A stretch of 64,000 bases of DNA from Bradymonadia bacterium (GTDB lineage: Bacteria; Myxococcota_A; Bradymonadia; UBA7976; UBA1532), in the NCBI GenBank assembly GCA_046290225.1, contig JBKAGE010000039.1, forward strand, positions 118,144 through 182,143, read 5' to 3'. The notes beneath the pieces were generated by a model. It was not told where the DNA came from. It did not search any database and worked only from the letters and a program-made list of their open reading frames with translations. Both the position numbers and the translations under genes were made by a program. This document shows, one piece after another, positions 37,796-50,868 of the stretch. Every line of letters starts with the position of its first letter. Position 1 is the stretch's first letter.

Positions 37796-40770
37796 CGCTT
37801 CACCAACTGCACGCGAGCAAGGTCGAGAATCTTCGCGGTCATCGGCTCGATGGCCGCGCGATCGAACCCCGCCGCCTTCAGCCGCTTCTTCACCGCCATG
37901 CGCATGCGGCGCTGCACATCGTCCTTGAGGTGCCAGTCCACAACCGTGAGCCCCTCCAGCGACTCCAGGACGTCGCGAGCAAGGTCCCGGCGCGCCATCT
38001 CTGGAAGCAGGCCATCGGGCGCCTCGCCGTCGACGGCGGCCTGAGCGAAGACCTCGAAGATCGCGTACCCCGGCTCGGACAGACCGAGTTCATCAGCGCG
38101 AGCTGGGATGTCGCGTATGTCGAGAACGATGTGAGTCAGCAGGGACAGCTGCTCCGCAGCGGTGATCTGCTCCTCGCGTCGCTGCTGGATGATTCGCTCC
38201 AGAGTTTCCGACAGTGACTGAAACACTACGGGGTTCTCGTCCATCCGCACGTTGATCTCGTGCCGGATGGCGTGCTCCATCTCGCTCGCGCGAGCCTCGT
38301 CCGACCCAAGCTTTTTCACCTCCTCCTCGAATTCGGCGGCGAGGATCGAGATGGGCTCGACAAGCCCCTGCACATCGGTCGTGGTGATGTGCTGCTCGAT
38401 GAGGGCGCGCACCTTGGCTCGGCATCCTGTCAGGTCGAACTGGTCATCGCGGAACCGCACCCGAGCGGCGTTGCGCACTTTGCCGAGCCACTTGAGGTCA
38501 TCGACGAACGGCAGCGCGCTGGGATCCGGAAGGAGCATGTCGAGGGACTGGGAGAAGCGCCGAAACGCCATCTCGAACTCCGCCCTGACGTCTTCGGGCT
38601 CCAACACTTTGAGACAGGCTTCCAGGTCGGAGTGGTCGACCCGTTGAAAGAAGCGCATCACCCGGCGATGCCTGGATTCCAGCTGCGGGAGCTCGGATGT
38701 CCTCGGCTTCATCGCCCCCTGCACGTCGCTCGGGGAAAAGATAGCTAGGGCCTCCTCGAGGTGATGGGCGACACCCCAGTAGTCGACGACCAGACCGAAG
38801 TCCTTGTTGTCGGCCGTCCGGTTCACACGGGCGATAGCCTGCAGGAGAGTGTGCTCACGCAGCGATGAGTCGAGGTACATCACCTGCTCAACTGGGGCAT
38901 CGAAGCCCGTGAGCAGCATGTCGCACACCACGATGATGGAAAGAGGGTCGTCGGGATCCTTGAAGCGCTCGATGAGGGTGCGCTGTTCGTCCTTGCTCGT
39001 CTTCCACTTGACCAGGTGTTCCGGGTCGTTGTGGGACGTGGACATGATGATCGCCGACGGCGGCGCTCCCAGTCTGTCGAGCGTTTCCTTGTACGTGACC
39101 GCAGCTTCTCGAGAGCAAGCGACGACCTGAGCCTTGAATCCGTTGGGCCGGATGTGTTGCTCGAAGTGCTCGATGATGTCGAGACAGATGCGTTCGACGC
39201 GGCGGGGCGCCCCAGCGATGGCCTCGGCCGTGGCATAGCGCGATTTGATTGCCTCGCGCTCCTCATCGCTCCGGTCCTTGAAATAGCGGCCAAACAGGGC
39301 GTCGATGCTCGTGCCGAGCACCTGGTCCATCGGCTGCCTCATCTCGTAGAAGATGGGGACGGTGGCTTCGTCCTGGACAGCCTGCTCGATGGTGTAGGTG
39401 TGGATGTAGCGCCCAAACGTCTGGAAGGTGCTCTTGTCCTTCTTGTCGATCGGGGTTCCGGTGAAACCGAGGAAGCAGGCGTTGGGGAGAGCACGGCGCA
39501 TGTTGGCAGCGAGGCTGCGGTACTGAGTTCGGTGAGCCTCATCGACCATCACAAAGATGTTCTCGGCCCGGTTGAGGACCGGGTGACGGTTCGAAGAGGA
39601 CTCCTGGAACTTCTGCACGGTGGTCATCACCGTCTGGCCCGTGTCCTTCGACAGCAACGACCGCAGGTGCTTGACGCTCTTGGCTTGCTCCGGATTGGGG
39701 AATCCGCACCGCTTGAACGTCGTCGAGATCTGTCGGTCGAGATCGCGGCGATCCGTGACCACGACGAGGGTCGGGTTCTCGGTCGAGGGCAGACGCCGAA
39801 GCTTCACGGCCAGGTAGACCATGGTGAGAGACTTGCCCGAGCCCTGGGTGTGCCACACCACGCCGCCTCGCTCGTTTGGTCGCGGCGCGGCAGTGATCCG
39901 CTCAAGCGCTCGGTTCACCGCGATGAATTGCTGGTAGCGGGCGAGCTTCTTGACGGTCTTGGAACCCTCGACCTCGAAGACGATGAAGTTGCGGATGAGG
40001 TCGAGGAGGTTCTCGGGCCGGAACACGCCCCAAAGGAGCGCCTCTTGAGCACGAGGGATCCTTCCGATTTCACGCTGAAGTTCATCGAGGGTTAGCGGGA
40101 AGGGGACCTTCCAGTACCCCCAGAATCGCCCCGGCGTTGCGGTCGTGGCGTACTTCGCCGCTTCTCCGCACGTGCTGACGAGAATCTGCGCGGTGTGAAA
40201 CAGCCGCGGGGCGCCAAGGTTGCGAAACCCGTCGGTGAGCTCTTGATACCGGGTCATCTGCTTGATGCCCTCGTCGAGAGGGGCTCGGATAGTCGGGCTC
40301 TTGCACTCGACTATCCCAATCGGGATGCCGTTCACGAACACCACGAGGTCCGGGATGATCGTCTTCTTCCCACCCTGGACCCGATACTGGCGAGTGAACA
40401 CGAGCTCGTTGTTGGTAGGGGTTTCGAAGTCGATATACCGGACGGTCTGCCCCTGGAGTCCGTGGCCGAGGTCCTGCGGCAGCGAGATGTTGTGGACGAG
40501 GGCGGTGTGAACCTTCTCGTTGGCATCGATCAGCCCGGTCGCGGCGACATGCGAAAGGTGTTGGACCGCATTCTGGACGTTGACGTCATCGATCCAGGGA
40601 TTGAGCCGCCGCAGGGCGGCCTGCAGGCGGCCGATGAGGAGGGGCTCCGACTGGGACGCCCGCTCGGCATCGAGTTCATCAGCCGGGACGAAGGTGTATC
40701 CCAACCGCTCGAGCAAGTCGGCGGCGGGTTCTTCCGCGAGGTGGATCTCGTTCCAGTCGGTGGTGCTCAT
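37792..40770 (-). CDS. hsdR: type I restriction enzyme subunit R
   Basis: PD..ECK nuclease, WHTQGSGKS, DEAHR, GFTGTP, MLLTGFDAP, QAIARVNR. Confidence 0.97.
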   Translation of the reverse strand: MSTTDWNEIHLAEEPAADLLERLGYTFVPADELDAERASQSEPLLIGRLQAALRRLNPWIDDVNVQNAVQHLSHVAATGLIDANEKVHTALVHNISLPQDLGHGLQGQTVRYIDFETPTNNELVFTRQYRVQGGKKTIIPDLVVFVNGIPIGIVECKSPTIRAPLDEGIKQMTRYQELTDGFRNLGAPRLFHTAQILVSTCGEAAKYATTATPGRFWGYWKVPFPLTLDELQREIGRIPRAQEALLWGVFRPENLLDLIRNFIVFEVEGSKTVKKLARYQQFIAVNRALERITAAPRPNERGGVVWHTQGSGKSLTMVYLAVKLRRLPSTENPTLVVVTDRRDLDRQISTTFKRCGFPNPEQAKSVKHLRSLLSKDTGQTVMTTVQKFQESSSNRHPVLNRAENIFVMVDEAHRTQYRSLAANMRRALPNACFLGFTGTPIDKKDKSTFQTFGRYIHTYTIEQAVQDEATVPIFYEMRQPMDQVLGTSIDALFGRYFKDRSDEEREAIKSRYATAEAIAGAPRRVERICLDIIEHFEQHIRPNGFKAQVVACSREAAVTYKETLDRLGAPPSAIIMSTSHNDPEHLVKWKTSKDEQRTLIERFKDPDDPLSIIVVCDMLLTGFDAPVEQVMYLDSSLREHTLLQAIARVNRTADNKDFGLVVDYWGVAHHLEEALAIFSPSDVQGAMKPRTSELPQLESRHRRVMRFFQRVDHSDLEACLKVLEPEDVRAEFEMAFRRFSQSLDMLLPDPSALPFVDDLKWLGKVRNAARVRFRDDQFDLTGCRAKVRALIEQHITTTDVQGLVEPISILAAEFEEEVKKLGSDEARASEMEHAIRHEINVRMDENPVVFQSLSETLERIIQQRREEQITAAEQLSLLTHIVLDIRDIPARADELGLSEPGYAIFEVFAQAAVDGEAPDGLLPEMARRDLARDVLESLEGLTVVDWHLKDDVQRRMRMAVKKRLKAAGFDRAAIEPMTAKILDLARVQLVKR

Positions 40771-42045
40771 TCGCTCACCCTCCCGTCGGTGTCGTTGAGC
40801 TTGGCGATCAGCTCGGCAGGCATGCGGACGCGGCCGCTCAGGAGCTCCTTGGCGAGGCCGCGCTTCATCTCGGTGAGCTCAGCGAGGTAGCGGGTCTCGG
40901 CTTCGATCCGGGTGTCGAAGGCTCGGCCCACGTCAGCGATGACCTCCTGCTCCTCGGGTGGGGGAAGCAGGATGCGTATCTTCTTGAACACCGGCATGTA
41001 GATGTCCGGCAGCACGGAGCCGGCCTGCAGTCTCTTCCACTCGCGGTCCATGTGCCGGAACACCTGAACCAGGTAGTCCGGTTGGAGCTTCGGACCGCAG
41101 ACCCAGTTGGCGAAGTGCTGGCTGGTGGCCATCTCTCGACCCATCTTGGAGCAGAGTCCTACAGAGGCCGTTCGGAGCAGAACCACGGTGCCCTTGGGGA
41201 GCAGGCGGGCCGAGGAGTTTGCAAGGCCGAGCGTGCCGATCGTCTGCGTTGTGTCTCTGATCTCAAGGCCCCGCAGTCCCTCTGAATCAGTGAGGGAGAT
41301 CCAAGGGATCTCTCCGTCCCAGTACTCTGGGCGCTTGCGGCTGGGCGTGTGGCCGCTCTCGAGGCGTGCGATCTTGGTTAGCTGGACGAGCTGCCAGTGC
41401 GCCGGGATCTCCTCGATGTTCGGAGCCACACGACCCATGGGCCAAGTGCTCGGTAGGGGCTGCATCTCGGTGCGGAAGCGAGGGTGACCGAGGGTCAGCA
41501 GCTCCCGCATGCTTTGGTGTTTCGAGATCCGAAGCTGTTGGATGAGGGCCTCGGTCGATGCAATGGCGCCGGCCACTCGATCGATGCATGCGCCGATCGC
41601 GACCTGCTCATCGAGTGGGGGGAAGGTGACCCGAGAGGCCAGGAACTCGGCCGGCGACACGCGCTGTGCCTTTCGCGAGCCGATGGCGCTTCCGCGGTAG
41701 CGCTTGTAGAAGGCCGGGCGCGAGACGTGTGCCACCAGCCAAGTCGGGTCGACTTCTCCACGAATGTCGAAGCACGGCAGATCGGAGGTGCTCTCGAAGC
41801 CGTCAAGCTCAGGCGGAATGAGTCCGAAAGCACCGTTGAGGAAGTCGAGCTTGCTGTAGATGAACTGGCCCGCCTTTCGACGGTAGTAGACCGTGGCAGC
41901 GCTTCCGCGGTCGTTGACCTTCGGCACGACGCCTTTGCCATATAGGCGGACGGTGAGCTTCTGGGCGGTCGCTCCGTTGGTTCCTGGCAGACGGCTCTCC
42001 TTGAGGACGTCACGGAAGCGGCCTAGCCTCCAAGTGCGCGGCAGA

Positions 42046-42056
<11 letters not shown>
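40767..42056 (-). CDS. hsdS: type I R-M specificity subunit S
   Basis: two TRDs, each followed by PP..EQ..I conserved helices; sits between hsdM and hsdR. Confidence 0.92.
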
Positions 42057-43560
<1,504 letters not shown>

Positions 43561-43576
43561 GGTGGTCTCCTTGAGA

Positions 43577-43969
43577 TCAGGCGTGCCAGATGGTTCCAGT
43601 AAGCCCGAGCTCGTCGAGCCAGGCGCGGGCGTCTTGCTGCGCCGCGGAGGGCACAGCAAGCACGAGGGTGAGGTCGTTTTGAGTCGCGTAGGCGTCGAAG
43701 AGGCGAAGCTGGCTCTCGGCGTGCGCGGTGCGCAACGACTCCGCCGTTTCGGCCTCAACGATGAATCCGCCACCGAGGGCATCTGGTCGGTGGCCGCTCG
43801 TGTCTCCGTCCCAATAGATGACTGGGGGCTGGTCGTGTCCGGGGAGGTCAGCCTTGATGACCGCAGACCTCACTTCGTCCTCGATCGTGTTCACCGCCAA
43901 TCGAACGAGGCGCTGGTGCTCCGCGCCCGCGGCCGCGTTGCGGCGAAATCCCTGAAGACTGCTACTCAT
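43577..43969 (-). CDS. small hypothetical protein, possible PD-(D/E)xK fold
   Basis: H..HRPD..IVEAET..Q pattern; AGGAG SD; inside the R-M operon. Confidence 0.6.
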   Translation of the reverse strand: MSSSLQGFRRNAAAGAEHQRLVRLAVNTIEDEVRSAVIKADLPGHDQPPVIYWDGDTSGHRPDALGGGFIVEAETAESLRTAHAESQLRLFDAYATQNDLTLVLAVPSAAQQDARAWLDELGLTGTIWHA

Positions 43970-44594
43970 CGTCATCTCCTTCGGACTGTTCGAGCCCCGT
44001 CAAAAGGCGGGCGGCGACCTCGAGCCCGACCTGCCGCCGCAGCTCCGCGGCCTCGATCGCGGCCTGATAGCTCGCGTCCGTCGCTTCGATCAGGGCGACG
44101 ATTTGCTGCTGCACCTCGAGCGGAGGAACGGGCACGGGAATCCCCGCAACGTCCTTGCGACCGAGCGCGAGCGTCATGGCCGACGACCGGCTCCGGGAGA
44201 GGACCTCATGCTCGCCGCGCGGCGTATGGAGCCACGCAACCAACACCGGAGCGAGAAGGTCGCCACGTGGGCGGAGGATCAGCAGGTTCGCGCTTGCAAT
44301 CGCTCCGGCCGCGCCGGCTCCGACCATGACGCTGCGGAATGAGGTGCCGCGGCAGGTGATCAGGACATCGCCCTTGCGCACCTTGTAGCGGACGAGACGG
44401 GTGGCCCCCGGTAGCCGAACTTCGTCAAGACCGCTGAGGCCAGACAGGAGTCCGGTGTCACCGAGGTCGCGGATGTTGACCACGCGGTAGGGCCGCCCGT
44501 CCTCGGACGCGCGACGGCTGAGCGGGAGCCCGGTGAGGATCTCGCTAACCGTCCCCAGGGGGCGTGTCGGCCATGTCGTGTTGTCGAGGTTCAT
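43962..44594 (-). CDS. single-TRD HsdS-like protein
   Basis: PLGTVSEILTG, KGDVLIT, IPVPVPPLEVQQQIV. Confidence 0.8.
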   Translation of the reverse strand: MNLDNTTWPTRPLGTVSEILTGLPLSRRASEDGRPYRVVNIRDLGDTGLLSGLSGLDEVRLPGATRLVRYKVRKGDVLITCRGTSFRSVMVGAGAAGAIASANLLILRPRGDLLAPVLVAWLHTPRGEHEVLSRSRSSAMTLALGRKDVAGIPVPVPPLEVQQQIVALIEATDASYQAAIEAAELRRQVGLEVAARLLTGLEQSEGDDDE

Positions 44595-44637
44595 CGGGTG
44601 CGGTGCCTCCTGCGAGCTTCACCAGTGCGATGTCCTC

Positions 44638-44666
44638 AAGCTATACACGACCCCGCATCATGTCAA
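44638..44666 (-). promoter_or_regulatory. sigma-70-type promoter of the leftward defence operon
   Basis: TTGACA-N17-TAGCTT on the minus strand, 44 nt upstream of the first ATG. Confidence 0.65.
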
Positions 44667-44692
44667 CATGAAAAAATCATACTGCGGTATGA
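44658..44692. promoter_or_regulatory. two adjacent palindromes (putative operators)
   Basis: TCATGT-CA-ACATGA (44658-44671, covers the -35 box) and TCATAC-TGCG-GTATGA (44677-44692). Confidence 0.6.
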
Positions 44693-44712
44693 CGACACAT
44701 AAGCCGTTCTGG

Positions 44713-45098
44713 CTATCGTTCGGGCCGCACCTCGACCCACGCCACCCGCTGGTCCTCCCAGCACAGGCTGGCCAGCACCCGGCGCAGCGTGCGCTCAGTG
44801 ACGGGCTCCCGCCCCACCGGGAACTCGAGCGCCAGCACCTCCTCCTGGATGTCGGGGGCGAGGAGCAGGAGGTTCATCAGCTGGGTCAGCCGGGCGCGGG
44901 TGAGCCCGTGGCGGCGGGCGACGTCGGCGTAGTCCTTGTAGCGGCCGGCCTCGATGTCGGCCGCGATCCGGTGGGCGAGCGCCAGGCGGCGGGCCACTCG
45001 GGCGGGACGGCGCTCGGCCAGCTGGCGCCGGCGGCGCCTCACGCGGGCCTGCGTGCGGCGCTGTCGGGGCCGGAAGGCGATCGTCTCGGCGTGCTGGG

Positions 45099-45102
<4 letters not shown>
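44713..45102 (-). CDS. small HTH protein accompanying the serine recombinase
   Basis: YADVARRHGLTRARLTQLMNLLLLAPDIQE; ATGA overlap with the recombinase stop. Confidence 0.8.
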
Positions 45103-46760
<1,658 letters not shown>

Positions 46761-46805
46761 CCGTCTTCCCCGGCGTCGCCGCGCTTGCGCTTCTTCCGTT
46801 GGGCG

Positions 46806-46858
<53 letters not shown>

Positions 46859-47061
46859 GGACGACGAGAAGGCGAAGTCGCTCGTGCGAGCGATGCTGGA
46901 GGCGGGGCTGGCCGAGCGGCTCTGACGACGCTCTCCTCGCGTAGACATGGAGGTGCGGCACGGGTAATATCACCCGTGGCCGGGTCGATACGCCCGACAG
47001 TCGCGCACCCTTCGCTCTCGCGAAAGCGCGGAGGGCGTGGTGTTCTTTCAATGGAGGTCTG

Positions 47062-47078
47062 TTGGCACAGCCCTCGCT
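47062..47078 (+). promoter_or_regulatory. sigma-54 (-24/-12) promoter
   Basis: TTGGCACAGCCCTCGCT: GG at 47064-65 and GC at 47076-77 with exact N10 spacing, about 70 nt before the helicase ATG. Confidence 0.7.
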
Positions 47079-47146
47079 CTTACGTCCGGTCGCACAGGTC
47101 GCCCAGCTTTCAGGGTGGCCCCTGACCAACGAGGACGTGAGAGACG

Positions 47147-49759
47147 ATGGCACTGCTCCACTACCGAAATCTGGGAGTCCACCGCCCCGACGTGCTGATG
47201 CAGCGGGCGTTCTACGGGCTCAAGACCTTCTACGACTTCCTGCGACGAACCAAGGACTACACGGAGAGCGACGCCGCGGTGAAGCGGCTCGCCTGGGCGC
47301 CCGGACCGGCGCCTGACGACGATGACGATGGTGAGCGCCCCGCTGGGTACTGGGTCCAGCTGACCGAGCCGGCGGACCGCCCCAACGAGCCAGAGTCGAC
47401 CTTCCGGGACTTCCTCGACGAGAACGTCTCAGAGCTCTACGAGGCGGCGACGCCTTCAGAGGACGCGAACGCGCAACGACCGAGCCGGCTCGACTTCGGA
47501 CGAGCACGGCGCATCGAGGTGCTCGACCGAGACCCCGAGACGTACCAGCTGCTGCTGGAGCGACCGCCGCAAGAGCCCGGGCTGCTGCTGCGGCCCAACA
47601 CCTGGCCGCTGCGATGCCAGATCCAGGCGCTCCAGACGTTGCAGAACTCGCCGAGCTCGGAGCACCTGCCGCTCTTGCGGCTCTTCGAGTCGGTTGGGCA
47701 CGCGGACTGGCCCGCCGTGTGGCCCGCGGACGCCGCGCTCGACCAATGGATGGTGCTCACCGACGACCGGCGCCCAGGGACGGACGAGCAGCGGCGCTTC
47801 GTTCAGCTCGCCCTCGCGACGCCAGACTTCGCGTTCCTCGAGGGGCCGCCCGGATCGGGCAAGACGACCGCGATCTGCGAGCTCGTGCTGCAGCTGGCGC
47901 GCGAGGGCAAGAGAGCGCTGCTGTGCGCCTCGACACACGTCGCGGTCGACAACGTGCTGGAACGGCTCATGGACGAGCGCAACGCTCACCGCGACCTCGT
48001 CATCCCGATCCGCATCGGCGACCGCCGCAACGTCTCGGAGAAGGCGAGGCCGTGGCAGCTCGAGCGGTTCGTGCGGACGGAGCGGGAGCGGCTGCTTCGC
48101 GAGCTCCGGCGGGAGAGAGCCCCGAGCAGCTCGCAACGAGCGATGCTCTCCGTCCTGCAGCATGGCCCCTCCGTGGTCGAACGGCTCGTGCTGGACGCGG
48201 CCAACCTGGTCTGCGGGACCACGATCGGAATCCTCCAGCACCCTGACATCAAGGCGGGCGGTCACGGCACGCCATCATTCGACGTCTTGATCGTGGACGA
48301 GGCGTCGAAGACGACGTTCCAGGAGTTTCTCGTCCCGGCGCTGCTCGCGAAGCGGTGGATCATCGTGGGCGATCCGAAGCAGCTCTCACCCTACGTGGAC
48401 GACGACGCGATGGCGATCAACGTCGCGTCTTGCCTTCCCTCGAGCGAAGTCCAAGCTGCGTGCGTCGACACCTTCATCGCCGGGCACCGCAGCCGCGGCA
48501 AACAGCGGACGACGGTCTCAGCTGTCACAGCGAAGGGGCTGACGGCCTATCGTGCGCAGGCCGAGGCACGGGGCGTCGCCCTGGCGACTCCAGCCGACGA
48601 CAGCCTCCACCTCGCCATGTCACCTCTCATCGCCGGCGAGCTCGAGAGCTTGGCCGACCGCGCCGAGGACATGCCGCTGGACGTCGCCATCGTTCGGGCG
48701 CCCGACGGCGCGCTCCCTGGTCTTCGTCGAAGGGCTGATGCCTGGAACCGGTTGCAGAGGCGACGACGTGAGGAGGAGCCCTCTTGGTCTGGGGAGATCG
48801 GGTGGCGTCTGGCGAGGCTCTACGAGCAGCGTTTCGCCGACGCCGCCTACACCGGGGGCCGGAAGACCACCGCACAGCGCCTCCGCGAACAGGTGGAGGA
48901 GCTGCTGCCCGACGACAGCACCGGCGTCGACAAGGAGGACGTGTGGCGAGAGATCGACCGGGTGCGCCGGGTGGCCCTGCCGTCTGTGCTCGAGTCGCTG
49001 CGACACGGGTTCGAGCGCGACCCGCGGCAGCGGCAAGGGACCGCGCTATCCGACGGGCTCCCCGATCGCGCTCTCGACCAACGGCATGTGCTGCTGAGCA
49101 CGCAGCATCGAATGCACGGCGACATCGCGGCCTTCTCGCACGATCACATCTACGAGGGCCAGGCGCTCCACACTCCGGTCTACCTCGCCGAGCAGCGTGA
49201 CTGGAGCTACGCACGGTACGCCCATCGAGCCCTGTGGCTCGACGTCCGTGGGCGGTTCAACCGCAAGTTCAACGCGAACCAGCGCGAGGCAGAGGCGGTT
49301 GTCGCGGAGCTTCGACACTTCGACCGGTGGGCCCGACGAAACCCACGCGGCGACGGACACCCCTGGGAGGTAGCCGTCCTGACGTTCTACCGAGGCCAGG
49401 AACGCGAGGTCCGCCAGCACCTGCGGCGCTGGACCGAGAACCATCGAGCCATGCGCCACTTCCGGCGCGGGGGGAAGACGCCCTACCTGACGATCGAGCT
49501 CTGCACCATAGACCGCTTCCAGGGGCACGAGGCAGACCTCGTCCTGATCAGCGTGGCGAGCCCACACCCGACGAGCTTCTTGGAGAGCCCGAACAGGCTC
49601 AACGTGGCGCTCACGCGAGCGCGATTCCAGCGCGTCGTGATCGGCAACCGGACGGGCATGTACGACGCCCGGGCCCTGGAGAGCGGTGCCAAGCAGCGCA
49701 GCGTCCTCGCGGAGCTCGCTGCCAACGAAGCTTGGGACAGCGTGGAGGTGCGGTCATGA
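47147..49759 (+). CDS. SF1 Upf1/DNA2-like helicase
   Basis: EGPPGSGKTT, STHVAVDN, VDEAS, GDPKQL, QHRMH, TIDRFQGHEAD, NRLNVALTRAR. Confidence 0.92.
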   Translation: MALLHYRNLGVHRPDVLMQRAFYGLKTFYDFLRRTKDYTESDAAVKRLAWAPGPAPDDDDDGERPAGYWVQLTEPADRPNEPESTFRDFLDENVSELYEAATPSEDANAQRPSRLDFGRARRIEVLDRDPETYQLLLERPPQEPGLLLRPNTWPLRCQIQALQTLQNSPSSEHLPLLRLFESVGHADWPAVWPADAALDQWMVLTDDRRPGTDEQRRFVQLALATPDFAFLEGPPGSGKTTAICELVLQLAREGKRALLCASTHVAVDNVLERLMDERNAHRDLVIPIRIGDRRNVSEKARPWQLERFVRTERERLLRELRRERAPSSSQRAMLSVLQHGPSVVERLVLDAANLVCGTTIGILQHPDIKAGGHGTPSFDVLIVDEASKTTFQEFLVPALLAKRWIIVGDPKQLSPYVDDDAMAINVASCLPSSEVQAACVDTFIAGHRSRGKQRTTVSAVTAKGLTAYRAQAEARGVALATPADDSLHLAMSPLIAGELESLADRAEDMPLDVAIVRAPDGALPGLRRRADAWNRLQRRRREEEPSWSGEIGWRLARLYEQRFADAAYTGGRKTTAQRLREQVEELLPDDSTGVDKEDVWREIDRVRRVALPSVLESLRHGFERDPRQRQGTALSDGLPDRALDQRHVLLSTQHRMHGDIAAFSHDHIYEGQALHTPVYLAEQRDWSYARYAHRALWLDVRGRFNRKFNANQREAEAVVAELRHFDRWARRNPRGDGHPWEVAVLTFYRGQEREVRQHLRRWTENHRAMRHFRRGGKTPYLTIELCTIDRFQGHEADLVLISVASPHPTSFLESPNRLNVALTRARFQRVVIGNRTGMYDARALESGAKQRSVLAELAANEAWDSVEVRS

Positions 49760-50868
49760 ACCTCAACATCAACCTCAAGCGCTCCCTGTCAGTCAGCTGT
49801 TGGCGGGTCGTCGGCCAGGTGGCCCGGGCGTCGAAGCGAGCCGAGCTCATCCCGATCCTCCTCCGAGTTCGCGACCAAGATCAGACCAACGCCGAGGACA
49901 TCGCCTCGCACCTCTTCTTCGAAGCCCGCTCGCGAAGGGTGGTGGCCGAGCGGCTCCTGCGGATCGCGACGACCTACAAGCTGCTCAGCGAGAGCCGTGG
50001 CTGGTTCTCGCTCACCGATGAGGGGCGCGTGGCCATCGAGAGCGAGCAGGTGTTCGTGCCGGAACACGGAACCTGGACCATCTGGGCGAGCGAGGACCCG
50101 CTGCTGGGTTCGCGCGTACTGCGTGTCGAGGCGTGGCAAGAGCCCTCCGCCTACGACGAGGTGTGGGGCAAGGAGCGCGACGCAGAGCGAAACTTCGAGC
50201 GCTTGCCCAGGTGGCTGAGCGAGGTTGTCGGCCACGTCCAGCGCCCATGCGCTGGCGACGGCCACAGCGTCCGAGTCGATGAGCTCGAGGCGCAAGGAGA
50301 GGTGGTCTCGGCCGAGGCCGGCCTGACCATCGAGTGGAGCGTCAGCTCGGGCCGGCTGCGGGTCACGGGCACCCTCGGCGGCAGGAAGGTCCACACGGAC
50401 CTGGATCCACCCACGCGGTCGAGAAGCGGGGTCTGGCAAGAGCTCCTTCAGCACGAGGGCCTTTGGCCCAGCTGGGACGAGACGAGGGGGGCGCTCCTCG
50501 TCGGATTCGAAGACACCGAGGCCGCCGAGCGCGAGTCCATGGCTCGCACCCTGCGGATCGAACGACCACGGCTCGAGGGCCTCGGCTCCTTCGATGCGAT
50601 CTCGGTCGGCGGGGTGGGCCTAGCGGCGCGCTCCCAGCCCGACGCCCAGCGGTGGGCAAAGTGGCGGCTCGAGTCGCGGATTCAGGACTACGCCACACAG
50701 CGGCGCATGGATGAGTGGGCGCAAGCCGCCGCGGCGCCATTCACAGACCATCGAATCGATCTTCCGAGTCGAGGTGACCTCGCGCGTGAAGCCTGGAGTG
50801 CGCGAGAGGAGCTTCCCTCCCCACGGACCTGGCACCTCGTTGCCGCAGAAGACTGGAGGCTGCGATGA
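49756..50868 (+). CDS. hypothetical protein with N-terminal winged-helix-like segment
   Basis: GGAGGT SD, ATGA overlaps at both ends; AEDIASHL..LLS..FSLTDEG pattern. Confidence 0.75.
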   Translation: MNLNINLKRSLSVSCWRVVGQVARASKRAELIPILLRVRDQDQTNAEDIASHLFFEARSRRVVAERLLRIATTYKLLSESRGWFSLTDEGRVAIESEQVFVPEHGTWTIWASEDPLLGSRVLRVEAWQEPSAYDEVWGKERDAERNFERLPRWLSEVVGHVQRPCAGDGHSVRVDELEAQGEVVSAEAGLTIEWSVSSGRLRVTGTLGGRKVHTDLDPPTRSRSGVWQELLQHEGLWPSWDETRGALLVGFEDTEAAERESMARTLRIERPRLEGLGSFDAISVGGVGLAARSQPDAQRWAKWRLESRIQDYATQRRMDEWAQAAAAPFTDHRIDLPSRGDLAREAWSAREELPSPRTWHLVAAEDWRLR

